The position numbers were made by a program, and so were the translations under genes. Below the pieces are notes generated by a model that was given only the letters and a program-made list of their open reading frames with translations, was not told the origin of the DNA and made no database searches. A stretch of DNA of 44,469 bases from an uncultured Chloroflexia bacterium. Lineage in GTDB: Bacteria > Chloroflexota > Limnocylindria > Limnocylindrales > CSP1-4. This document shows positions 19,385-28,797 of the stretch, piece after piece (the stretch's first letter is position 1; every line of letters starts with the position of its first letter). Where the stretch lies: NCBI GenBank assembly GCA_963766735.1, contig CAVYBU010000032.1, forward strand, positions 1 to 44,469, given 5' to 3'.

Positions 19385-19427
19385 CCGGTGCCGGAGGCAG
19401 GCGGAACGTGCGCGGGGCTCGCGAGCG

Positions 19428-19443
19428 CTGCCCGTTGGGGCAG
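19428..19443. promoter_or_regulatory. Palindromic operator CTGCCC-N4-GGGCAG upstream of the DUF4157 gene
   Basis: CTGCCCgttgGGGCAG, perfect 6-bp arms. Confidence 0.55.
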
Positions 19444-19525
19444 ACTTCCGGGCTGTCCCACGTCAGGCCATTGCGGAGGCCCCGTCGGTGACGGATGATT
19501 CCGGTTGCATCAGGAGGACTGGCGA

Positions 19526-20137
19526 ATGCGCGACCACGATCTGACACCGCCCGCGCACCGGGCACCGCAGCGGAAGCCCGGTGGCACGACCCCGGATGGA
19601 GCGGGCCGCCACTTCCTGCCTGCCCGCTCCGCGGGCCTGGACGCTGCATCTCTGATGCACCTGCAGCGGGCCGCCGGCAACGCGTCGGTGGTCCAGCTGC
19701 TTGCGGGCGAGGAGGAGCAGTCGCCGGTCCACGACGTGGTGGGGTCCGGCGGGGGTGCGCCGCTCGACGCCGACACTCGCTCGACCATGGAGTCCGCCCT
19801 CGGCGCCAGCTTCGGGAACGTGCGTGTGCATACGGACGATCGGGCGTCGAAGTCTGCCGAGTCCGTGGGCGCCAGCGCCTACACCGTGGGCAGCGACGTG
19901 GTCTTCCGGACCGGCCAGTTCAATCCGTCCACGCCCACGGGCCAGCGGACCCTGGCCCATGAGCTGGCGCACGTCGTCCAGCAGTCCCAGGGACCCGTGG
20001 ACGGAAGCGATGCTGGCGGCGGGATCCGGCTATCGAGCCCGTCAGACCGCTTCGAGCAGGCGGCCGAGGAGACCGCCCAGGGGGTGATGGCCTCGGTCCA
20101 GCGGCAGGAGGAGGAAGAGGAGGAGGCGCAGATGTGA
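19526..20137 (+). CDS. Stand-alone DUF4157 (eCIS core domain) protein
   Basis: LQRAAGNASV, GAPLDADTR..ME..LG..FGNVRVHTD, AYTVGSDVVF, LAHELAHVVQQ (HExxH). RBS AGGAGG upstream of ATG 19526. Confidence 0.9.
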   Translation: MRDHDLTPPAHRAPQRKPGGTTPDGAGRHFLPARSAGLDAASLMHLQRAAGNASVVQLLAGEEEQSPVHDVVGSGGGAPLDADTRSTMESALGASFGNVRVHTDDRASKSAESVGASAYTVGSDVVFRTGQFNPSTPTGQRTLAHELAHVVQQSQGPVDGSDAGGGIRLSSPSDRFEQAAEETAQGVMASVQRQEEEEEEAQM

Positions 20138-20187
20138 CGGCCTCGGCGGTTCACGGGGCTCCATCGTGCAGCGCACCCTGACGATCC

Positions 20188-20832
20188 CTAGATCAGCCCC
20201 TCGCGGATGGCGTATGCCACGGCGTGCGTCCGGTTCCGGAGCTCCAGCCGCGACGTGATGTCATGGATGATGTTCTTCACGGTGCGCTCGGAGTAGAACA
20301 GGCGCCCGGCGATCTCCGAGGTGTCGTTCCCGTCCGCCAGCAGCCGGACCACGGCCGCCTCGCGCTCCGTCAGGCCAGAGAACGTGAGGCCACGCGGGGA
20401 CAGCACCTGCCGCTGCAGCTGGCCGACCTGACGAAGAAGCCGCCCCAGCAGATCCGGGGGCAGCGTGCCCTCGTCCGCCGCCGCGGACCGGATGGCCGCC
20501 GCGAGGTTGCCCGCGGTCGCCTCGCTCCGGCGCAGGACGCCCGTCACGCCCGCCTCGGCCGCCGCCAGGAGCCCGCGGTCGTCCACCCGGGACACCAGCA
20601 GCAGGATCCGCCGCACGCCGCGGCCCCGCAGCGAGCGCATCTCGCCAAGCGTCGTGCTGTCCAGGTCCTCCGCCACCACCAGCGCGACGACGTCGTCCGG
20701 GAGCTCCCCGTCCACGACGCCAAACCCCTGCGCCCGGCGTAGCTGGCTGGTGATGCCGGCCCTCGAGAGCGGATCGGCGGCAGAGACGTGGACCGGGATC
20801 CGGGCCTTGAACGGGACGGGTTCGGCGACCAT
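20188..20832 (-). CDS. LuxR/NarL-family regulator with atypical receiver-like N-terminus
   Basis: C-terminal LTERE...LLADG...EIA..LFYSERTVKN...LELRNRTHAVAYA. GGGGAGGT RBS before ATG 20832. Confidence 0.88.
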   Translation of the reverse strand: MVAEPVPFKARIPVHVSAADPLSRAGITSQLRRAQGFGVVDGELPDDVVALVVAEDLDSTTLGEMRSLRGRGVRRILLLVSRVDDRGLLAAAEAGVTGVLRRSEATAGNLAAAIRSAAADEGTLPPDLLGRLLRQVGQLQRQVLSPRGLTFSGLTEREAAVVRLLADGNDTSEIAGRLFYSERTVKNIIHDITSRLELRNRTHAVAYAIREGLI

Positions 20833-20964
20833 GGTGACCTCCCCAGGGTGGTGGGTCGGGACGAGGTGGACCACGGAGCGGGCCACCGGCCCGGGATGCC
20901 GAGCCGGACGCTACGCCGCCCCTCTGTCCGGACAGTCAACGTGGACTTAACGGGCAGTGCGGAT

Positions 20965-20980
20965 CTGCCCGAGTGGGCGC
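20965..20980. promoter_or_regulatory. Near-palindromic operator TGCCC-N4-GGGCG in the divergent luxR/COG1470 region
   Basis: cTGCCCgagtGGGCGc, with an extra GGGCA half-site at 20952-20956. Confidence 0.45.
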
Positions 20981-21046
20981 CAAGATCGTCCGTGCGGTCG
21001 CCCTTGGGGGCTGTTCGCGGGTGCGGCGCGCCGCTACACTGCCGCT

Positions 21047-22312
21047 GTGGGTGCCTCAGTCACGCTGGTCACGCCCGCCCTCGCTGTCGAGCCGGGCCAG
21101 GTCGCTTCCGTCGACATCAGGATCCGGAATACCGGGACCGTCGTGGACGAGTTCGCCCTCGACGTCCTGGGGGACGCGGCGGGCTGGGCCGTCGTCGAGC
21201 CAGCGTCCATCTCCCTCTTCCCGGGTGCCGAGGGCACGGCCAGGGCCGTGTTCAGCCCGCCCCGGGCCGCCGGCACGCCGGCGGGCATCGTCCCATTCGG
21301 GCTGCGTGCCCGGTCCCGCGAGGACCCGGCCGGATCCGCGGTCGAAGAGGGCACGGTCGAGATCGGCACGTTCCAGGATCCCTACGCGGAGCTGGTCCCG
21401 CGCACCTCCCGCGGCTCGCGGTCCGGCAGCCACGACGTTGCCGTTGACAACCGCGGCAACGCCCGGCTGTCGGCCGAGCTCGAGGCGACCGATGCCGACC
21501 GCCACCTCAGGTTCGACGTCAAGCCACCGGCCGTCGTCGTCGATCCCGGCATGGCAGCCTTCGCCAAGATCAAGGTCAGCCCCGCCAAGCGGTTCTGGCG
21601 TGGTCAACCGAAAACGCGGCCGTTCCAGCTGTACGTGAAGCCGGACGGCGGCGTGCCGATCACGCTCGACGGCACGCTGCTGCAGGAGTCCGTCCTGCCG
21701 CCGTGGTTCCTCAAGGCAATCATCGCCATCGTGGGCGTCCTCGTTTTGCTGGTCCTGATCTGGCTGTTCCTGCTCAAGCCCTCGATCGAGTCCGCCGCCT
21801 CCGAGGCCGTCGCCTCACCGCTGGCAAGCCTCCGGGGTGACGTCAACGCCGCGCTCGGCAACGCCGGCCTCCCAACGATGCCCGCCGATGGCGGCGCCGC
21901 CCCGCCCCCGCCCACCCCCGAGCCCACCCCGGCACCCACGCTCGCCCCCGGGGAGAGCGCGACACCTGAGCCGCCGCCCACCGCGCCGCCTACGCCGGGT
22001 GTCCTGATCCCGGGTCTCGGCAACCCGGTGGACGGCCAGCTGGACGAGACGAACAAGTCGGTGCCGGTCGCGGGCACCCTGTTCATCACGGACCTGGTGT
22101 TCTCGAACCCGAACGGGACCAAGGGCGCGGTGGTCGTCCTGCGTGACGCCACGCCGCTGATCCAGCTGAATCTCGAGAACTTCCGCGACTACGACCTCCA
22201 TTTCGTAACGCCGATCGTGCTCCAGGACGGCCAGAGCCTCAACCTCTCGCTGTCCTGCACGAGCAGCCCATGCACCCCCGCCGTCTTCTACTCCGGATAC
22301 CTGCGGCCCTGA
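21047..22312 (+). CDS. COG1470-like membrane protein: N-terminal Ig-like domains, single TM, Pro-rich linker, C-terminal beta domain
   Basis: VEPGQ...IRNTGTVVDEF...LFPG, VDNRGN, TM AIIAIVGVLVLLVLIWLFLL, ITDLVFSNP...LENFRDYDLHFVTPI. TACACT lies 6 nt before GTG 21047. Confidence 0.75.
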   Translation: MGASVTLVTPALAVEPGQVASVDIRIRNTGTVVDEFALDVLGDAAGWAVVEPASISLFPGAEGTARAVFSPPRAAGTPAGIVPFGLRARSREDPAGSAVEEGTVEIGTFQDPYAELVPRTSRGSRSGSHDVAVDNRGNARLSAELEATDADRHLRFDVKPPAVVVDPGMAAFAKIKVSPAKRFWRGQPKTRPFQLYVKPDGGVPITLDGTLLQESVLPPWFLKAIIAIVGVLVLLVLIWLFLLKPSIESAASEAVASPLASLRGDVNAALGNAGLPTMPADGGAAPPPPTPEPTPAPTLAPGESATPEPPPTAPPTPGVLIPGLGNPVDGQLDETNKSVPVAGTLFITDLVFSNPNGTKGAVVVLRDATPLIQLNLENFRDYDLHFVTPIVLQDGQSLNLSLSCTSSPCTPAVFYSGYLRP

Positions 22313-22323
22313 GGCGCGCAGGC

Positions 22324-24391
22324 TTGAGGGTCGGGGCGGCCGGCCTGGTCCTGGCGCTCCTGGCTACGGGATCCGCGGCCGGTCCCGCCGTCGGCACGGC
22401 CGGCCCAGTCGCGCCCAGCCAGACACCGGTCCCGGCCGCCGTGCCACAGCCGCCGGGCATGACCACCCTCGTCTCGCAGAGGTTTGGGGGCGGGTTCGCG
22501 GGTGGCGGCTCGCGCTCGCCGTCCATCAGCAGCAACGGGCGGTACGTGGCGTTCATGTCGGGGGCCGCCGACCTCGTTGCGGGCGACACCAACGGGGCGG
22601 TGGACGTCTTCGTCCGCGACCGATCCAAGGGCACCACGCTCCGGCTGCCGCTCCCCGGAGGGGCGCAGGTGCCGCCCACCGGCCTGGTGAGCGAGCCCGC
22701 CATCTCCGCGGACGGCAAGGTGGTCGCGTTCACGTACTCCGACACGTCCAGCGTTAGAGGCGCCATGTCCATGGTGTATGCGTGGGACCGCGACACGGGC
22801 AAGACCGAGCTGGTCTCGCGAAACGGCGAGACAGAGGCGAGGCAGAGCCGGGAGCCGTCCGTCTCGGCCGACGGCCGGTACATCGCCTACACGTCGGAGC
22901 AGCCCTTTCTGGTTGACTCCGACACCAACAACTACAACGCTGATGTCTTCCGTTTCGACCGCAAGAGCGGCACCTCGATCCTGGTCAGCGCGGGGTTCCA
23001 GGGCGTCACCCCGACGGGCGCCAGCGGCCAGCCGTCCATCTCTTCAGACGGCACCAAGGTGGCCTTCACGTCCGATGCCGGTCGGAGTCTCGTGAACGAA
23101 GACACGGGATCCGGTCTCCAGGTCTACCTGCGTGACATCACCGCCAGCACGACCGAGTGGATCAGCCGCGGCGTCGACTCCGGGATGCGAGGGGCACCGG
23201 CGAACGGGCCGTCTGAGGCTCCGGCGATATCGGCTGATGGCCGCTACGTGGCGTTCGAATCGAGGGCCGGGAACCTCGTCGATGTGGCCGGTTGCGCCGG
23301 GCTCGTGGCAGGTGTACCGGCGCGACCGGGAGACCGGCCTGACGGTGCTTGTCTCCGCGGACGCGTCCGGGGCTGCGCCCGCGGGCGGAAGCGGCCAGGC
23401 CGCGATCTCGCGTGATGGTCGGATGGTTGCATTCTCCGCGTCGGCACGGGACCTGGTTGCCGGGGTGCCCCTTGGATCGGTCCCGGCAGTCCGTCTCGCC
23501 GCCGTCGCGCTCCGGACGTCCGAGATCTACATCCGCGACATGACCGCAGGCGAGACGGCGCTGGTGTCCGTGGACACGGCCGGCGGACCGTCCGGGGCGA
23601 GGAGCCAGGGCTCTGCTGTCGCCGGGAACGGGCGCTATGTCGCCTTCTTCTCGGACGCGCCGACGCTTGTCGCCGGTGACGGGAACAAGCAAGTGGACGT
23701 GTTCATCCGGGACTTCCCGCCAGTGCCCGTGCTCAACCCCGCGGTCGTGGAGTTCGGCACGGGCGCGCTCGGGACGAGCCCGGTGCCGGGCGCCGCGGTC
23801 CTCACGAACGCGGGCTGGGGCACGTTGGCGGTCTCTGGCGCGTCCCTGGCGGGTTCCGCGAAGGGCGACTACTCCATCGCGGCCGACGGCTGTGCGAAGA
23901 GGATCCTGCATCGCGCCGAGGCGTGCACGATCACCATCGTGTTCACCCCCAAGGAGCCGGGTGTCAGGACCGCGACGCTCGAGGTGGCCGACAACTACAA
24001 GGGCTCGCCGCGCACGGCACGCCTCACGGGCGGTGGCTCGCTCGCCCTCCTGGAGCTGAGCCCGGAAGTCGCGCGGCCCGGGCTGGTGGTCATCGCCAAG
24101 GGAAGCGGTTTCCCGCCCGGGGCACAGGTCCGGCTGCGCTGGAGCCGCGGGATCAGCGAGGACCTGCCGGTGGTCACGGCCGATGGGCAGGGCGCGTTCA
24201 CCCGGCAGGTGCTGGTCTTCCACAACGACCTGCTCGGCAGGCGTGACCTCCTGGCCGAGTCGGCAGGCGGGCCGCCCTTCCCGCCCGTCGCGGCGCCGCT
24301 GCTGGTGACGGAACCGCCGATGGCCCCGCCCAGCTTCGAGGTCCTGCGGCGCCTCATCGACCTTCCGCTCGTCCTGATGATCCGGGGATGA
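22324..24391 (+). CDS. Exported TolB/PD40-repeat beta-propeller protein with C-terminal Ig-like domains; +1 frameshift at ~23292
   Basis: Signal-like N-terminus and repeated PSISxDGRYVAFxS / DVFVRD units across ORFs 22270..23415 and 23132..24391. Removing one T joins them. Start uncertain. Confidence 0.75.
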
Positions 24392-24398
24392 TGCAGAC

Positions 24399-25553
24399 AT
24401 GACCGATGGGGCCGGGCTGACCTGCCGCCGGTGCGGCTTCGCGAACGAGGGCAGCGACCAGTTCTGCGGCTCGTGCGGAGTCTTCCTGGAGTGGGAGAGC
24501 GAAGCCGCCGATGCCATCGGTGCCGGCAAGCCGCCCGCCGGCGTCCCGGCCACGCCCGTCGCCCCAACAGGCCCACGCTCCGCCCCGCCAGGCGACGACG
24601 AGGGGCTGTCGGCGCCCGTCACTCCCGCTGCAACCCCGCTCGCCCCGGTTGCCGAGGCCGGACCCCTGCTCCGGTGTCCCGCGTGCGGCATCGCGAACGC
24701 CGGGACCCGTACGTTCTGCCAGTCCTGTGGCGCACGTCTCGCGGAGACCGCCCGGGTGACGGAGGCATCGAAGGAGCAGATTGCGGCTGCGGTCGCCGCC
24801 AAGGCCAGGCCAAAGACCGTGCCGGTGGCGGGCGTCACCGCGGCACGCACGGAGCCCGCCGGAGGGAGCGCCCGGGGGATCGCCGGCTGGTTGATCGTTA
24901 TGGTGCTGCTGGGGCTCGTGGCCGGGGCCCTGGTCGTGATCGGCAGCGTGGTGCTCAAGAGTCCCGGACCCGCCACCGGGGCGTCCGAGGCCCCCAGCGC
25001 CGCCGCAAGCGCCGGCTCGTCGTCCGGGTCCGGGACCACCGATGCTCCCGTTTCATCCTCGGAGCCGGCCAGCGGCGAGCCGCCGGCGAAGGTCGAAGGG
25101 GCCGCGCTGGCGTTGACTGGCGCGACCGCGTCCTCCGTCGTGGGCGATCGGGCGAAGTTCCAGCCGGACAAGGCAATCGACGGGGACGTCAAGACGTGCT
25201 GGCAGGAGGGCGTCAGGACCGAGAAGGGCCAATGGATCGAGGTGTCCTTCGACACGGCCCGCGTCGAGGCCGTCGTGATCAACAACGGCTACGGGGCCTC
25301 GACCGCGCTCTACAAGGGCAACCACCGGCCCAAGAAGGTCCAGATCTCCGTCAACGGCGGCAAGCCCATCACGGTCACGCTCAAGGACACCGTGAAGGCC
25401 CAGCGGATCAGCCTGGGCGAGAACCCCGGCGCAACCCGGCTCCGGATCACGATCGTCTCCGTCTATCGGTCGGTCAAGACATCGGTCGCGGGGACGCCGT
25501 TCGATGACGCGGCCATCAGCGAGATCAGCGTAATCGGGACAATTGGCGGATGA
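24399..25553 (+). CDS. Second CisA-like protein: double zinc ribbons, TM, C-terminal discoidin/glycan-binding-like domain
   Basis: CRRC...CGSCGVFLEW, CPAC...CQSC, TM IAGWLIVMVLLGLVAGALVVIGSVVL, TASS...AIDGD..TCWQEG...RPKKV...AISEISV. Confidence 0.8.
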   Translation: MTDGAGLTCRRCGFANEGSDQFCGSCGVFLEWESEAADAIGAGKPPAGVPATPVAPTGPRSAPPGDDEGLSAPVTPAATPLAPVAEAGPLLRCPACGIANAGTRTFCQSCGARLAETARVTEASKEQIAAAVAAKARPKTVPVAGVTAARTEPAGGSARGIAGWLIVMVLLGLVAGALVVIGSVVLKSPGPATGASEAPSAAASAGSSSGSGTTDAPVSSSEPASGEPPAKVEGAALALTGATASSVVGDRAKFQPDKAIDGDVKTCWQEGVRTEKGQWIEVSFDTARVEAVVINNGYGASTALYKGNHRPKKVQISVNGGKPITVTLKDTVKAQRISLGENPGATRLRITIVSVYRSVKTSVAGTPFDDAAISEISVIGTIGG

Positions 25554-25625
25554 CCTGCTGGTGTCAGGCCCGCTATCTTCCGCCGGAGTAGAGCAGGCAG
25601 GGCGTCCCGCTCGGGAGTAGGGAAC

Positions 25626-26636
25626 GTGAGCGCGATCGGCGCGGCCCTCATGCGCGGTGTGGCGAGCCTCGGTGGCCCCCAGGTGGCGGCCGTCGTGGTC
25701 GCGGGCGGCCTGGTCGTCGGCGGCCTGGGCGGGGCGGTCATCGCATCGGGTGGGCCAGGCAGCCAGCCGGCCACCACCTTGGGGGAGCTTGCCGTCTACC
25801 CCTGTCCGGATCAGGGACCGGCGCTGCTGACCATCACGGGGGGCCAGAAGCTCCTGGCCACCGGGCGCACCGAGGACGGGACGTGGCTCAGGATCCACTA
25901 TCCGCTGCCCGGGCGGACGGAGGCCTGGGTCCAGGCGTCTCCGCTGTTGGTGAAGGGCGAGGCGGTCTCGCTGCCGATCGCAACCTGTGCTGCGGTGGTT
26001 GCTGCGGGTTCGCCGGACGTGAGGCCCCGCGCCTCGCTGACGGCGATCCTGAACCTCTCGCCGTCGCCGGCTCCCACGCCGACGCCGAGCCCGACGCCGA
26101 CGCCAAGCCCGACGCCGTCCCCCACGCCCAAGCCGACCGCCAAGCCCACGGCGAAGCCGACCGCGAAGCCCACTGCCGAAGCCGACCGCCAAGCCCACGG
26201 CGAAGCCGACCGCCAAGCCCACGGCGAAGCCGACCGCCAAGCCCGACCGCGAAGCCGACCCCGACCCTGCCGCCGCCGCCGACGCCCCCGCCCGACACGA
26301 CCCCACCCAAGATCGCGACCCCGGCGCTCTCGAGCTCCTCCATGTACCAGTCGACAAGTGCTCGCCGAGTTCGATCCTCGTCATCGTCGGCGTCACCGAT
26401 GCGCAGTCAAAGGTCGCGAGCGTGTCCATACGCGCCATCAACGCCCGACCGGGGCGAGGGTGGGGACGTGGACGAGCAGCGCCCGTCGGCGCCGCATGGC
26501 GAGTGACGCTCCAGGGCTCTGACTTCGACTTGGGGACGTTCCGCATCCAGGTCAACGCGACGGACTCGGCCGGGAACTCGACGGGCTTCACGACCACCAG
26601 CGGCCATCTTCAAGGTGCTGCGCGTGCATCCTATGA
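25626..26636 (+). CDS. Membrane-anchored protein with SH3-like domain, PT/AKPT repeats and C-terminal Ig-like domain; several frameshifts
   Basis: Hydrophobic N-terminus, GRTEDGTWLRI...AWV (SH3-like), (AKPT)n, then DTTPPKI... and FRIQVNATDSAGNS in other frames. The stop at 26634-26636 overlaps the next ATG. Confidence 0.55.
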
Positions 26637-28604
26637 GCCTCCTCGCCCGCCTCATCCCAAGACTCCTCGTGTTCGGCGTGGCGGCGGTGATCGGCGCCAT
26701 CGTCGCCTCCGTCGCCGTCGCAGCCGTGCAGGACCGCACGCCGCAGTCCACCGCCGGACTTGCCCCCGTCCCCGAGTTCACGATGACCGGCCCGGATACC
26801 CCCTCGGGCCCGGACATGCCCGTCGTGCCCGGGGCAGTCGTCGCCTTCAACGCGGTGCCGAGCGGCGAACCGCAGCCACTCGCGACCCTCTCGCCGGAGG
26901 ACCTCCTGGCCGCCTCGGCCGCGTTGCTCGGCGGTGAGCCCGTCTCCTTCGTCAACCCGTCCGGCTTCCCGCGCATCCCGCCCATCACCCAGTTCGACGG
27001 CGGCCCTTTCCAGGGCGCCAACTGCACGCTCGCGTCCGGGGCCATGCTGGTCCGAGTGGGCTCCGGCGTGGTTACCACGGGATCGACGCTCCGCACCCTC
27101 CAGGACGATCAGGACGGCGGGACGGGGCTTGGAGACCTCTCGGTCGCGCTCTGGCGCGGCTACGGGATCCACTACCCGAGCGGACTGATCCGCCCCGACC
27201 AGCTCAAGTCGCTGCTGGGTGCCGGGTACGGCGCCGTGGTCCAGGGCGACTACTCCAGGGTTCCCCGCGCCCTGCGGCTCCAGAAGGACTTCACGGGCGG
27301 CCACGCCATCTACCTGGACGGCTACTACCCGGGCAACGCCAAGCGCGGAATCCCTGAGGCCTACTACGTCATCGACCCGCTCGGCCGTCCGCAGTCCGGG
27401 TACGAGGGAGACTGGTGGCCGGCGTCGATCATCGATGCGTTCGCCGGTTCATTCGGCGGTGGGCGCGTCGCGGCGATGTGGGCGTTCCCGCCCGGCGGCG
27501 TGGCCCCCGAGGTGGTCGGCCCGGACGTGCTGCCGATCCCGGCCGGCCCGGGCGGCGGCAGCTCGGGTTCCGGTTCGGAGCCCGGATCCGATCCAGTTGC
27601 CTCCGGCGAGTCGCCATCCCCGGCCACACCGCCCGACGCGCCGATCAACGTGCTCGAGCCCGGCGACCTGACGGTCACGCTGCCGGCGGCCGATCCGCCC
27701 GCGTCCGATGCCGGCTCCGGCGGGCTCGAACTCAGGCCGGTCTTCGAATTCTGCTCTGTCCACGCCGAGGCCTCCGGGGTGTCCGACCGGCCTTGAGGCC
27801 GTCTTCGAGCGTGGCGCCATGGCCGAGCTCCGGTTGCCCGCCGGCCCGGCGGTCGACGTCCTGTTCGCGGATTCCGACCGGGCCAACGTTGTGATCGTCG
27901 GCTTCACGGTCGATCCGCCCGCCGTGGCGGACGTCCACTTCTGGAAGACGGGGGCTGGTCCGCAGGTCGTGCGATCCGCGTCCTCGATGTCGTCGGTCTC
28001 GCTGTTCGGGAAGACGGTCCTGCTGGCTCGCCTGGACGTGCAGGCGGACACGACGTACCAGTTCCAGGCGGTGGCCGGCAGCGGGCTGCTGGCGGGCAAG
28101 AGCGAGGTGGGGTCGTTCACGACGGGGAGCGGCGTCGAGCAGTTCGACGTGGTGCTGTCCCAGGCTGCCTCGCCGGTGTTCAAGCTGGGGACCGGCCTCT
28201 CGCCGTATCTGCACCTGGCCCAGGGCGCCTTCGTGCAACCGATGATCCCGCTGGGAGACCTTGGCGGCGCGACGTGCCTCGAGACCGCCGACTACGGCGG
28301 CAAGGGTTTCTGCCTGGAGGTGGGCGGCACGCCGCCGCCGTCCGTCTGCAACCGGGCCGAGGTGACCTATGCGCTGTCGGGGATCGACGCGGAGTCCGTG
28401 GCGATCCGCGCGTTCCCGGCCGTCGAAGGCGTGACCCCGGACGGGGCGATGACCTTGGACGGCGTCCTGGAGGCATCCGGAGCATGGCCGGCCGGTAGCG
28501 CGAGCGTGGGATGCCTGGCGTCGGGCCTGACGTACCGGATCGTGCTGGATGCGATCGGGGACGACCGGGGCGCCCTGGCCGTGGAGACGGTCACCGTCCC
28601 GTAG
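26633..28604 (+). CDS. Exported/anchored papain-like (C39-type) cysteine peptidase with C-terminal beta domains; +1 frameshift at ~27755
   Basis: N-terminal hydrophobic segment; Q (ITQFD), C (ANCTLASGAM), H (GGHAIY), D (YYVIDP) in papain-fold order. Removing one base joins 26615..27796 to 27708..28604. Confidence 0.65.
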
Positions 28605-28797
28605 CGCTCGCCTGAGCGCGCTGGGGCGTCGAGCGCGCCGGGCGGGTGCCGGGCGCGGCCGCACGGTGGGGCGGTCCAGTGGCACGCCGGGCGGGTGCGA
28701 GTGGCGCCGGTGGGTGCGCGAGGTGGCGCCGCTGGACGGGTGGCGCCGGTCCGGGCAGCGCAAGTCCCGGATAAGGGTGCCCCGGCATGCTTGCCCG

